A model generated the notes under the pieces. That model saw nothing but the letters and a program-made list of their open reading frames with translations. It was not told the DNA's origin and made no database searches. A program made the position numbers and the translations under genes. A DNA stretch of 63,426 nucleotides, filler included, from Saprolegnia diclina VS20 (taxonomy: Eukaryota), in NCBI RefSeq assembly GCF_000281045.1. It is 8 parts of 7 records of this genome, joined end to end, with 100 filler letters (N's around TTAATTAATTAA, not from the genome) between each part and the next. Parts side by side here need not be neighbours in the genome. Positions count along the whole stretch, not along the records: positions 37,201 to 53,010 come from NW_008246222.1; positions 53,111 to 56,410 come from NW_008246223.1; positions 56,511 to 58,827 come from NW_008246224.1; 5 more parts are not named here. One strand, 5' to 3'. This document shows, piece after piece, positions 45,676 to 58,207 of the stretch; within the stretch, counting starts at the first letter, position 1, and each line of letters opens with the position of its first letter.

Positions 45676-47698
45676 TCAGTCGCGGGACAGCGCTGCGACA
45701 TGGGCGGCGCAAGATCGCGCCATGCCACCAAATTTGATCAGATCCGGATCCACGTCGCGGCCATGGCGGTCGGCGGCGAGCGCGAGATTCGACGAACTGG
45801 CCTTGCTCGGGGGCGCCAAGCTGTAGCCGCCTTCCAGCACCGAAACGATGCGACCGTCGCAGCAGCTACAATAGCCGACATACACGAACGTCAGATGCAA
45901 CGATACTCCAAATACAAAAAGCAAAGCACTTGTCGGCGATCTCGACGAGGCGCTGCGTGATCCATTCGTAGTCCCATTCCGTGAGGCCGTGGTAGTAATC
46001 GTCGACATGTCCATCAAAGCCCGACGAGATCAATATCAAGTCGGGTGCAAATGCGCGCAGCGCCGGCAAGAGGACCTCGGTGGCCTTGGACTGAAATTCG
46101 CTCGATGCGCGCTCCATGTGCTCAAGGCGTGTGCGCTCGGTGCCTCGCTTGCCGCTTGCGCCGAGATTCGTCAGTGGAATGTTGACAATAGTGTTGCACG
46201 ATGCGAGCTCGTTCCTGCCATGCGGCCCGCGTCCGGATCCGGGGTAGAACGCCGTCGTTTCGTCGTATACGTGCATGGACGCAAAGAACACGTTGTCGGC
46301 CTACAAGTGCCATATCAACACAAAACGATGCTATCGATCGATGGCAAAGCGTCCGACATCGTCATCGTCGCGCCATGGCATGTAGGATGGAAACGTTTTC
46401 GGAGCCCAGCTTGGTGGCAGTGGGTAACGATGGTCATGAAGCCGCAGGTTCCGAACGATCTCTTCCGTCCCATTGCCGTGATGAATGTCAAAGTCGATAA
46501 TCGCGACACGGCGCACTGTGGCATGGCTGATGGAGGCTTTTGAGTAGTGCGACGGGCCGTACGTCGTCATCGCGTAGGCTAGACACCCTCGTTCAGAGGT
46601 ATGCTCGCGGTAGTATGAGTGGTGTTAATACCTGCTCCGATCGCCACGTTGTTGAGGAGGCAAAACCCACACGAGCATCCGCCGGGAGACTTGTGAAAGG
46701 CGTCGTTCTCGACGCAGCCATACGGTCCAGCATGGTGTCCCGGCGGTCGCACCACGACAAATGCGTTTCTAGTACGCCATGAAATCGACGTTGGACGCAT
46801 AAGCTGGCCATAATACCTGCTTCGACCGCACACGACTTCGTCGACTGCATGCAAGACAGCGCCGACGGCATACCGCGCCGTCATGAAGCTTTCTTTCGAG
46901 ATCGGCATGTCCGGGTCCAAGTCGACGGCAGCGTTGCAGATCGTGTCTTCGTGGCACTTCACCGCTTTGGTCGTCTACAGGACGTTTTCGCAAGTCACGA
47001 GCAAAAAACGAATGACCTGGATCCACGACTTGTGCGATCGATGGCCTTCAAACTCGTTCTGGATCGAGAGATTCGCGTCTTGGGGTGGCAGCAACGCGCA
47101 CGTCGCCTCAAGGTGGCGCAAGTATGCCCGCGAGTGCACGCGCTCCAGATCCACAAGTCGAGCTGGTACAAGTTGATCCAATGGCGCCCAGCGCAGGTGC
47201 TGGAAGCGGGGCAGGTTCAAGACGCCGTGGGGGCCGCAGAGTGCAGCGACGCGCTGTCGATTCTCTTGATGACGCCCCGTGTGATGATCCAAGCACGACG
47301 GCTGGTACACAATAAGCGTCGCGTCGCCTTCTTCGTCAAGCACATCGAGGAGATTCCGAGACACGGCGTCGGCCCCTGTCGACCACGCTCGCTGGGTCGA
47401 GCGTAGCGCCGACGGGTCTGGCGACTTCTCGTGGTTGTGGCGCTTCCTGAGATGCAGCGCCGCCGCTAGAGGTCCGTCATGAGCCCTCGCTGTCCATGCT
47501 CGTTGGCCTCGTACCCGACGGGTCGCTCGGGGAGACCGCTGGGGTCGTCTGATGACGCTTCCGGGGTACTCCTGGCGTCTCGACCTCGGCTCCGTGGAAC
47601 CAGCTGCATGCATGTCCCGGTCGTCTCTTCATGAAGACTGCATGGAGGGGTCGTCTACCTCGGGGTCTGCGGCTCATGAACCTCCATTCTCCCCATCA
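45676..47698 (-). CDS. Histone deacetylase family protein (class II-like), multi-exon; start approximate
   Basis: HQENRQRV, RVHSRAYL, RPPGHHAG, GFCLLNNVA, IIDFDIHHGNGT, YPGSG, ISSGFDGH, VLEGGY. Confidence 0.92.
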
Positions 47699-48115
47699 TC
47701 GCGGTCGCTTCCTGCGCGTCGTCGCCCATCGCGCCAATCGAACACTCGGCCGATCTTTATCCGGTACTATTGTCCGGATATGTTTCCGGATACTGGCAAC
47801 CAACTGAAATTTTCACGTGTGAAATCCTGTCAACGCACGCCGATTGAGCAAACTAGTCGTTCGCAATCGTGGAAGGATCATGCAAATATATTCGCATCGA
47901 CTAACTAAACTCGTGTCAATGACACCAAGACCTGTGAGTCTTTGCGTCATCATCCTGCAGCGCGGTGCAAGCGACAGGACTGCTCGTGTAAGCTCCAAGA
48001 GGCCGTAAACAGCTTCAGCGCCAGAGGCTGTCCACCTGTTTCGGTATACGAATTTTAACACACCGAGAAACGGGCGCATTACAAATCCATTTGCGGATTT
48101 GGCTCCACGAAAACC

Positions 48116-50420
48116 ATGGACGGAGCGTGGAAGAAGCCGCTGCTGGTCGAGACGCAGGAACTCGACGACGACGTCGGTGCGATGGCCTCGAGCCACGACG
48201 CCGAAAGCGCTACCCTTGACGCCAACCTGACGTCCGCCTACAAGCGCATGCTCTCGGCGAAACAGTCCGTGTCCTTTGGCACGCCCAAGTCGGACACGGA
48301 CAGCATCCGCATGAGCAGCGCTGAGAACGGACTCGGGACACCCAAGTCGGACTTTTCGTCGTCGCGCTACTCGGTGTCGCAGTTCTCCAACTCCAATTCG
48401 CGCCTCTCGTCGGCGTCGGCGTCGCGGGTGTCGTTGCGCGAAGCCGCGAAATCGCTGGTGTCGCAGCGCAAGCTCACGATCCACGACGAAGAAGTGCGGC
48501 TACCGCACCCGGACGATGTCCGCGAGAGCATCCGCATGATCCACGTACGCCCATGCCACGGCCACACCATCTCATGCCATGCATTTGTAGGCCCACTCGC
48601 GGCGCGACCTTCCCAACGAGTGCGATATGACGACCGACGTCGTGATCCAAAAGAAGGCATACACGCTGGCCTTGTCGCGCGACCTCCTCGTGTGGTCGAC
48701 CGGGTTCGCCGCACCTCGTTTCGCCACGTGGACACTCAGTTTTCGGGTTCTTATAGGAGAAAACAAGTCGGCTGCATCGAGACGGACGACATTGTGGGCG
48801 CCGCGCCCATCAGCGGCAAGAAGGACGCGTTCCGCGTGCATTTCTTCCGCAAAGGCAAAGGTACGCGAGCATGTCATTCATAGATGTTCACGTCACTTCT
48901 TGCTGCAGGTCGAGGCGCCAAGGCGCTCCTGCGACGACCGTCGACCATGGACGTACAAGCGAGAAACGAGGCAATTGCGTCTGGCTGGATCACTGCGCTA
49001 CAGGAGCTTGTGCGCTGGCAGGCGCGCGTGCCGCCGGCGACGCAGATGCGCAAGATCCGCGTCGTTGTCAACCCGCACTCGGGCGCGCGTCGGGCGCCGC
49101 AGGTACTTGGCGTTTGGAAACATCGGTGGCGTGACGACGTGGCCCAGATCTGGGAGAATGATGTCAAGCCGTACTTTGATCTCGCGGGCTTCGACTACCA
49201 TATCGACTACACCACGTACGCCGGCCATGCCGTGGACATGGGCAAGGACTACTCGCCCGAAGAAGGCTACGAAGCCATCGTGTTTGTGAGTGGCGACGGC
49301 ACGATCTGCGAGTACATGAACGGGCTCCTCGCGCGCCCCGAGGACGAGTGGAAGGAGGTTGTGGCGTCGACGCCGATCTCGCTCATCTCGGCCGGTACAT
49401 TCTTCCCACGCTCTTCTTGTCTTCTTATGCGAACGACAAAGGGACGCAAAATGCATTTGGCACAGGAGTGGGTATTCCTACGACCGCCGCGGCTGTCTAC
49501 TGCATCATCAAGGTACCACACACCGCCTCCTACATGGTTCGTATACCGTCGACATAGCGCAAGCTGCGGCCGTTGGATGTGATCACGGCGATTGCCGAGC
49601 ACCAGCGAGAGGTGGTGCACTACAGTTGCTGCGGGCTCGGCTGGGGCGTCGCGGCCGACATTGCCGAAGAGTCGGAAAAGTACCGCTGGATGGGCACGAA
49701 GCGCTATGCGTTTCTCAAGGTTATCTCGACCCAAATGGCGTGTTTATCGACGCATTTGTAGATCAAGCGGGCGCTGTTTCCTCGCCGACACACGGGCCAA
49801 ATCAAGTACATTCCCGTGCTGCCCGAGCCGACGCTTCGCAAGTACGACGACATCAAGAACGAGGGCGCAGACGACCAATTCGACATGGTATGCTTCGCTC
49901 CCAAAACATGATGGATCGCGAGACGTATCCAATGTGCAGGAAGAAGGCAACATCTACGACGGCCTCGCGCGGCTCCGTAGCCAGAGCATGGTTCGCCCTG
50001 TCGCTGCAGGTATTCGAAGCCTGGTGTACGTGAGATTAAGCGATTGCCCCAGTGCGAAGTCCGGCAAGTGCGCGGCGCTACAAGGATGAGGCGTGGGAGG
50101 TCGAGCGAGGCAACTTTATCGTGGTCGGCGCGGTCAACGCGGCGCCCGATGGCGTCTACTGCCACCCGTCGGACGGCTGCCTCGACCTCATGATTGTGCG
50201 CAAGGGCAACTTTTTCCAGACGCTGCATCTTCTCTGGCTCTACATGCTCGGGAAAGAGCTCCAGAGCAAACAGCTCACGTACAAGAAGATCAAGGCGCTC
50301 GTGATCGAGCAAGACCAGCCCAACGGGTGCCTCAACATGGACGGCGAAGTGCTCCACGGCCCGGGTCCGTTCCGCATGGAGGTCGTCCCAAGCCTCTTTA
50401 AGGTGCTCTCGGAAAAATAA
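48116..50420 (+). CDS. Sphingosine kinase / DAGK-catalytic-domain lipid kinase with N-terminal PH-like region, multi-exon
   Basis: VVNPHSG, TTYAGHA, SGDGTICEYMNGL, AGTQNA, SEKYRWMG..RY, DGCLDL, NMDGE. Confidence 0.88.
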
Positions 50421-50682
50421 GTAGACGCAGCTCCTCTGTATTTATACTCCAACCGATTCTTTCACTGTGGCTGGCCATCGAGTTCGGACGGCTTGTGTCA
50501 TCTCACAATGACAGATCCATCGATACCGGTACCATATAACCGCGTTCTGACTAGCAAGACAGTAGACTGCGCGTCCTTTCGTAGGGTAGTCATGAAGAGG
50601 ACGCAGCTGGAGGGTGTTGCTTGGGCAAAGCTATATAAATGGCTTCTATCTGCATGCAGCGTTAATTTATCTAGCGACAACA

Positions 50683-51543
50683 CTAGGGTGCTTTGGTCAA
50701 GAAGGCCGGTTTCCACATCTTGACGAGCGAGCACGAGGCCGACACGAGGCCGCAGACGGCATCTTGGCCCGTCGATCCGGTCGGCCAGTTGAACGCGAGG
50801 CGCGTCGCGTGGAAGAAATCAGCAACCGCCTTGATCTGCGCGATCGTCACGGACGCGAGCTTGACTTGGCAGTTGTGGTATGCGACTGGGTCGGCCTCGG
50901 GGTCGCACGCGACGAGGGCCGCGCGGGCGTCCAAGATGGCGCACGTGTTGAGCGGCAAGTCGCAGCAAAGCGTGAAAAACCTAAGGAGATCGATCGTCGT
51001 TGTACATTCCGAGACCGTTCCGCGCGTACCACAGTCGATCCACCCACACGTCATACGCGCCAATCTAATCCGACAAGACATGAGACATGGCCGACGAGAC
51101 TGTCAAACGCAGCGCACCCAGGACGGCGCGAGCGCCATGTCGGACGCCCAGCAGAGGTCGTCGCCTACGTCGCCTACGGTGCCGGCGCACACGCTGAGCA
51201 TGGCCGCGGTGCGCTGCCAGCCCGCCGGCTCGGCAAGTGCATCGAGCGAGTTGTTGACGACCTTGAGGCTCTTGCCGAGGCGCATGACCCGCCGCGCGCC
51301 GCTGAGTTGCTTGGCCAGCGTGCCAATGAGCGGCTTGTACTTGGCCTGGTTCAACGCGAGCGCGAGCTTGCAAAAGTACTGCACAATCTTGACCGTCTTG
51401 TCGCGGCCGTCCGTGTGGCCAAGCACGGCGAGGACGCGGTCCAGGAACGTCTTGTCAAGCGACTGCAGCAGGTACAGCAGCGGCAGCGCCATGAGCTTGG
51501 ACTGCGCAGGCGCCTTGAGCACCGCGTCGACCGGGTAGATCAT
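50683..51543 (-). CDS. PEX11: Peroxisomal membrane protein PEX11 family, with introns
   Basis: TDGRDKTVKIVQY, LSGARRVMRLGK, C-terminal CGLVSA....KMW. Confidence 0.85.
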
Positions 51544-52691
51544 CCAAGTGCTTTCTTTCGAACTGCCAAGACTCTCCCGAGTGGCGACGTAATGCCCAGT
51601 GGTAACGAAGACCCTCTCAAACTCGATCAAGCGACCCAATCGACACCACGTGGGGTGATAGGCTAATTCCACGCGTCTTTAGCCACTCGTGACAAAAGTT
51701 TGTCGACCTGTTGATATGTAGCGTGGCGTACATCGTGCTTGTAGTGATGCTGATAGCTAAACAATCGATTGAACAAACTATCTTGGCATCGAGTACAACA
51801 TGAATTAATGCAACACTAAGGCATGCTCGACGACGGTACCGGTACAGTTATTGCAGAGGTTGGGGTTGCGTGTGTTTAGCTACCCGTTGAAGTCAACGAC
51901 CCCGCGCCGAATCTTGGCGGCGACTTGGGTGCAGGAGGCATCCCGACGACTGCCAGTCCTTTCGGACTCCGCATGCAAGGAGCTCGTACTGCGCAAGGTA
52001 CTACAGCTCGACGATGGCCTTCAAACCACGTTTGTGCGACGTCGGCACCTCGCAAATGTATTTAATTTGGCCCCGCGTCGTGGCCATGCCGGTGCCGGAG
52101 TGACTGATCGTGATGAGGACACAAATGCTTCTCTCAGTGTCGGTGTTTAAGCTCGTACGGCCTTTCACGTGTCATTCGAGGTGCGACTCTCCTCTCGCTC
52201 AACGTTGGCTTTCGGAACGAGACGAACGACCGTTGATCGTCAACTTTCGCGCTCATGCCGGGATCAACCCGGAACAGCAATGAAAAAAGTGGCCGTGGAC
52301 GTCTCTGTAGGGCATGGTCACTGCGCGAGAAGACGCGGTGTGACGCTCGAGTTGCTCGACTTCAGCAGTGGTCAGCCTGGCGTGGAGCTAGCGATGCTTC
52401 AAGATCGCCGCCGTGTGCTCCGCGATGAGCTTCTGCTTGATGTGTGCAGCCATCGACCGTCTCGACGCGCTTCAAAGCAAAACGGGTGTCGTCCACAGTG
52501 ACCGACGACGAGTTGAATATGAAATGAGCAAACGCGTTGGCTCGACGCATCTTTGAGGAGCTGCAAATCCTCGCAAGCACGTTGCGCCAAGTCGAACGGC
52601 GGGATCTCAAGTCCAGCGAGAGAAACTCCTGCGACTGCAGCGGAATCTTCGAGCGAAACGTTTGTACAACGAGCTGCTCATTGGGCTGAGG

Positions 52692-53010
52692 GATGCTGCG
52701 TGAAGGCTTTTGTTTCATTTTTTCGTATTATTTGCGGTTAGGTATCACGTCACTGTTCTACATAGGTCTTTGCTACTATCGTCGCGGCGTTGGCTTGTTG
52801 ACTCGATGCACCGAGATGCGCGGGTGGTGGTGGCGTCCATCGTAGGCGTCTTTGTGGCGACCGATCGCGTTGTTTGTCGCCCGTCTCCCTTGGCACTCGG
52901 CTTTCGTGGCTTGGATCTTGCTTTGAGCGAGTTGAAGCACTTGGGCGAGCCGGTTGATGGACACGGCTGAGACGACTTGGGCGCTGCGATCGGTCGTTGT
53001 TGCTGCAGAC
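52692..53010 (-). repeat. Diverged copy of the 3' end and 3' flank of the coiled-coil gene (29197-29509), cut by the contig end
   Basis: Encodes SINRLAQVLQLAQSKIQATKAECQ...HPRISVHRVNKPTPRR; downstream AAATGAAACAAAAGCCT also shared. Confidence 0.9.
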
Positions 53011-53553
53011 NNNNNNNNNNNNNNNNNNNNNNNNNNNNNNNNNNNNNNNNNNNNTTAATTAATTAANNNNNNNNNNNNNNNNNNNNNNNNNNNNNNNNNN
53101 NNNNNNNNNNACAACAAAAGGAAAGTGCAGCGAAGGTTTCGCGCCATTTCCGTCGATGTAACCGGCGACGCTTGGCGTGACACGGGTGACGCCAGCTTGC
53201 ATGCTAGGCATCGCTCCAGATACCAATACTGTATATATATGTATACTTAGTGCATGCTCGAGAGGCTCTGACATGGAAGTGACAAAGAGACACAAGGTCC
53301 TCATTGTCGCTCGGCAGACGCCAACAGCACTGGTACGGTCAACGTTGCAGCCTTCCGAAGACCTGAGATTGCACTGTCCGTGGCAGAGCGCCGGCGCACA
53401 AGAAGCAAGGTCGTGTGTTGGCGCCATGTCGACGAAGAAGATGCGATGCTTGCATGGTGCATCCAAGCTCGTGACATGAACGCAAGAGTCCGGGTTCAAA
53501 TATATAATGGCATATCGAGCAACGCAGACAACACACTAGGAGGCGTCGTCGGC

Positions 53554-54338
53554 TTAGTACATGGCCTGGGACCGGAACGTCGGGTTCGACTTGATGTTGT
53601 TGATGAGCGTCTTAATCTGCTTGAGGTCGGGCTGCGGCAGTTCCGGGTTCAGGTAGTTCTGCATGAGCCACTGGTAGCAGTCGTTGGGGTTGGCGTTCTT
53701 GTTGTTGAGCAAAAACATCGTCACTTGGGTGCGGTACGGGTTGGGCTTGCGGCCGCGGCGCTCGCCGCCTTCGCCGCCCTCGCCCGGCGCCTTCTTGGTC
53801 TTGGGCTGGCTCAGGTTGGTCAAGACGCGGTGGATCTCTTCTTCGGTCGGGTAGTTGGTCTCGTCGAGCACGTTCGACTTGAGCCACATGAGGCACTGCG
53901 ACGCGTCCATGGCCTGGCCGAGCGCAAAGTAGCGCGCAATCTCTTGGCGAAACACCTTCGAGATGCCACGGCGACCGCGGCGCGGCGCGTTCGGCGAGTT
54001 GGGGTTCTTCGTCAGGCTATGGCCCTTCTCGAGAAGCGAAAAGTCGCGGCGGCCTACGTATCTTGCATGAGAAAACCTGTTTCGCCACTTGTGGGCGACG
54101 TACCCGCAGCGTAGCTGTGGGGCGCGACGTTGACCGTGTAGCCGCACGAGGCGAGCGTCGAGTTGAGGTTGATGTTGGTGAAGCTGCCGCTCAGGAGCGC
54201 GCGGACGCAGCGAAACTCGATGCTCTTCTCGGGCAGCTTGACGAGCACCTTGAAGAGGTTCTGGACAAGCATCTGCTCGCAGCAGCGGGGGCACTTGCGC
54301 TTCTTGCAGCTGCACGCGTTCATGATGGTGGTCGACAT
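53554..54338 (-). CDS. Hypothetical two-exon nuclear protein with Cys-rich N-terminus and two internal helical repeats
   Basis: ORFs 54054..54455 and 53554..54480 join in frame through the GTACGT...TAG intron 54103-54054; strong codon bias. Confidence 0.75.
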
Positions 54339-54897
54339 GCTGCTCGTCGTCTTGGTCGGGCGCTTGCTGGCGAAATGGGAACTGCCCCGAACCAGCAAAA
54401 AAAGATTTAAATACAAGCGGGGTAGGGTTCGCTTCGGATTGGCCAAAACGCCCAACGGGACGCACGCCGATTGGCTGCATTTTAAAAGTTCAAACCGAGC
54501 GGTTCATTTTTTCACGTCGTGCACTGGCTTCTATACTGAACGCCAATGAACGTCAAAAAATTGAAGGCGGAATTCACGCGCTTCAAATTAAATGTATAAT
54601 AAAATGCACGGCGTTCGAAAAAAGCGTGTGAAAATCCGGATATTTTTATTCGAGTGGCGGCCACGCGGCCGCGAAAAAACGAAGCGGCTTTTCGCGACGT
54701 GACGTTGGCCAATGACAGCGCCAGCGTATTAAACCTCTCGAAACTCAATTCGGCAAGTATAAAAATTCAGCAGAAAACCAGTTTTATATTCGCGTCGCTT
54801 TAATTCGACTTTGCACGGCGCGACGCCGCTGAAATAATATTCTGCGCCGCGATTTATGGACAACTTGTCTCGGATCGCGGACGTGGCGCCATGACGA

Positions 54898-54933
54898 CCC
54901 GAGACCCGAGACCCGAGACCCGAGACCCGAGAC
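54898..54933. repeat. 7-bp tandem repeat (CCCGAGA) x5
   Basis: cccgagacccgagacccgagacccgagacccgagac. Confidence 0.9.
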
Positions 54934-55452
54934 ACGCGCGCGGCGTCGAGGCGACCGATCCACGTGCCATCTCAACTTGTCTGCTGCAAGAGTTGGTCGT
55001 CGTTGGCGCCAAAACGACACTTCAACATGCCACGAGTGGTATCTTGTGCGTTCTGGAAGAGCTATATTGCCTCGAGTACGACCGGTAGATCCAAGATTGG
55101 ACGTAGTCGGGTGACGTGTACTTGAACGACAGAGATATCCCTCGTGGAAGATATTATATATTGATTGCGCGCCTGTTACGATTTAGTGCGTGCGGTGATC
55201 GATCGCTCGAGTCGAGACTCGGATATTGGTCCTACCTCTCGAGCGCTGCCATTTACTCTAAAATAGCATGGTCGGCCGAGCTGCCTCTGGTCGCACGTCT
55301 GGACTATGTGGATGCTGGCACAGACTCGGGCGACAGTGGTGTGGAGCTCGCGCAGAGAGGATGTTGTCTGCAGTAACAAGGAGTGCGTACAAGGTCTCTA
55401 TTGGTACAATAAGGTAATAAGGGTCTAAGAGGTCGACACGGCAGTCGTGGTG

Positions 55453-55826
55453 CTAGTCGAACGCGAGTCGGCGCTTTCGGCGCGTCAGCTTGGCAAAATA
55501 CGAGCTTGGGGTTGTATCGCCCAGAGCCCGCGTCGTCGCCGCCACGTTGGCATTGCAGAGCGCCTTGGCTTTGGCCGCCGCCCGCTCGAGCTCCCGCTTG
55601 GTCAAGCGAAAGGCGACTGGTGCTGGCGCCGGCGGTTCTACTCGTCGCTTCTTGACTGGCCGCTCGTCGTCGCTGTCGTCGTCCGTGTCTTGAGCCTCGA
55701 TTTCCCAGATCGACTGCTCGATGCGCGAGCGGGTCGGCGCCGCTGCTGGCAGCGACTCGGGCGCGACGATGATGGTCTACGCAGCGCCATGAGCTCCATG
55801 GAGGCGCCTACGCGACGTACCAGCAT
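55453..55826 (-). CDS. Small basic hypothetical protein (~110 aa) with a 6-nt first coding exon
   Basis: ATGCTG, then a GTACGT...CGTAG intron, then ACC ATC, giving MLTIIVAPES...DDDSDDERPVKKRRVE...RRKRRLAFD*; NLS-like motifs. Confidence 0.5.
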
Positions 55827-56510
55827 GGAGCGAAGGTCGGCGAGGAAGGAGGAGCGGCGAGGTCGATGGCAGCCGCGCCAAATCCTGCACCTTGTTGTTT
55901 GCGACTGGGATCAAACGTTTGAATCCCATTATCCGGATTTCCGGATACGCCATTTGAATTTTCGAAACCGTTGGCGGTCCGATAAAGTGCGATTGCCGAC
56001 TCGGCGGGTGACTGACCTTTCTAAAGTACGAAATAGGACTTAACGGGCCTCCGCGCCACGAGCAACACGACCGCATTGGCGCCAAGTGCGCCAGGTGAAC
56101 CTATTACACAGTAGTTGGAGCCGTGAACCGAGATCCACGAGGCTAAACAGATTGCTGATATTAAGACTAATTTAGTCCTTGACGAATCAGAGTCCTAGAG
56201 GAGGGACACATATCTAGAGAGGAGGCTTGTGACACAAGTGTGAACCAGATCGACGGACGTTTTTTATCTAAGTTTAAATTGAACGCACTAACAGCGCGCG
56301 ATGGTTCAAGGCACGTTCAATAGTGGTTACCGCTGCGCCCTTTCACAACCAAAATGTGGCAGCCAGCGACACTGACGTCTCGCCAGCGCGCGGTTGCCAT
56401 CGGCGGCGTCNNNNNNNNNNNNNNNNNNNNNNNNNNNNNNNNNNNNNNNNNNNNTTAATTAATTAANNNNNNNNNNNNNNNNNNNNNNNNNNNNNNNNNN
56501 NNNNNNNNNN

Positions 56511-56839
56511 CCGAGGTAGACGAGGTCGGTGCCCGAGACTGCAACCGCCGAGAGCGACGGCTGTAGCGGCAAAAGCGCACGCATGTTCGCCATCGTCGAC
56601 GCCAATGTGGGCGCACGGCGCAGCACGATCGTGGGCCAGTCCAAGAGAAGCGACGTATCGGGCGTCGCGACGAGGTCCTGCAAGGCGACGAGCGCTTGCG
56701 ACAGCATCGGCGTGGGCATCGCAGTAAGGAAGGCGTCGAGTGTGCGCTGGTCCTGCACAGAGCGCGCAATGACGTCGAGCGCCTCTGGCACCAGCACCGA
56801 AGGCGGCGCGACCTTGGCCTGCTTTTGGTCCGGTGTCAT
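56511..56839 (-). CDS. N-terminus of a hypothetical protein, similar in style to expanded Saprolegniaceae LRR/RNI-like families; truncated by the gap
   Basis: LVPEALDVIARSVQD..TLDAFLTAMP...LSQALVAL..L...WP pattern; family call from recollection only. Confidence 0.55.
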
Positions 56840-56917
56840 GGTCTGCCGGCCGCACGATGGAAGACACGCTCCGGGATTTTAAATGTGGCATATGCCGCGA
56901 AGAGAAGCGTGTCTTGC

Positions 56918-58207
56918 CAGGGGCATGACCAGGGGGATGACAACCCGCCGGAGGGAAAAAAGTGCTTTTCGGGCCGAGAGGAGGTGTACCACTGTACCCG
57001 TGATGACTAATCAAGGTCAAACTAATTTAACGTACCGGTAGTCGAGTGTTTGACCTTTTTAAGCAACAAGTGTGTCGGCCAACGCAAAGGTCGTGCGTGG
57101 TCCGTCGCCATCATCAGATCGCGGCTCGCTGCGCGTTTGCGCCAGGCGCTTAAGCATACAAGGTACATAGTTTCATCATCGAGTCTATGCATTAGCTCCA
57201 AGGCTTTATGCCGACTTGACGCGGGATGTGTTGTCGAGTTTGTGTCAACTTCCAACTCGTTTTATCCGGATACGCTTTATTATTGGTCAAAATGATTTTG
57301 AAATAGCCAATCACAACGCAGGATTAACCTTTTGGAGCACAGCTCATGCAGTTCAGCGGCGATTCGCGCGCGAATTCGACCTTTTGAAAGTACGTGAAAA
57401 ACGTGAGGTGCGTGACCCAATCGATTTCTGAGTAGTATGCGATTGGCCTGAGGGGTTGTCACGCCCCTCAGAAGGTTGTCATGCCCCAGGGGCATGACAA
57501 CCCCTCAGAAAAATGGCTTTTGTGTCGCTATTTGCCAGCCTTCCAGCCAATCAGTGGCCTTCAACCTCGGGACATACATTCCTGCACCACATGGCCCTCG
57601 TTTGACGAATCAAATCGTTTTGCACCCGAAATCAGCCAATCAGCATGTGCCAGAACACAGAAATCGAGCGTTCGGAGGCCAATCGCATACTACTCAGAAA
57701 TCGATTGGGTCACGCACCTCACGTTTTTCACGTACTTTCAAAAGGTCGAATTCGCGCGCGAATCGCCGCTGAACTGCATGAGCTGTGCTCCAAAAGGTTA
57801 ATCCTGCGTTGTGATTGGCTATTTCAAAATCATTTTGACCAATAATAAAGCGTATCCGGATAAAACGAGTTGGAAGTTGACACAAACTCGACAACACATC
57901 CCGCGTCAAGTCGGCATAAAGCCTTGGAGCTAATGCATAGACTCGATGATGAAACTATGTACCTTGTATGCTTAAGCGCCTGGCGCAAACGCGCAGCGAG
58001 CCGCGATCTGATGATGGCGACGGACCACGCACGACCTTTGCGTTGGCCGACACACTTGTTGCTTAAAAAGGTCAAACACTCGACTACCGGTACGTTAAAT
58101 TAGTTTGACCTTGATTAGTCATCACGGGTACAGTGGTACACCTCCTCTCGGCCCGAAAAGCACTTTTTTCCCTCCGGCGGGTTGTCATCCCCCTGGTCAT
58201 GCCCCTG
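56918..58207. mobile_element. Non-autonomous foldback / Mutator-like DNA transposon, 1290 bp
   Basis: 532-bp inverted arms 56918-57449 and 57676-58207; ends CAGGGG...CCCCTG; 9-bp direct repeat GTGTCTTGC at 56909-56917 and 58208-58216. Confidence 0.92.

Noticed and set aside
51851..52690. Possible degraded gene or TE remnant
   Set aside because: Only short interrupted frames with no recognisable motif, so no call can be supported.
57022..58103. Mirror-image 77-aa ORFs (MEVDTNSTTHP...) in the foldback arms as a transposase
   Set aside because: Too short, no DDE or zinc-finger motif; duplicated only because they lie in the TIRs.
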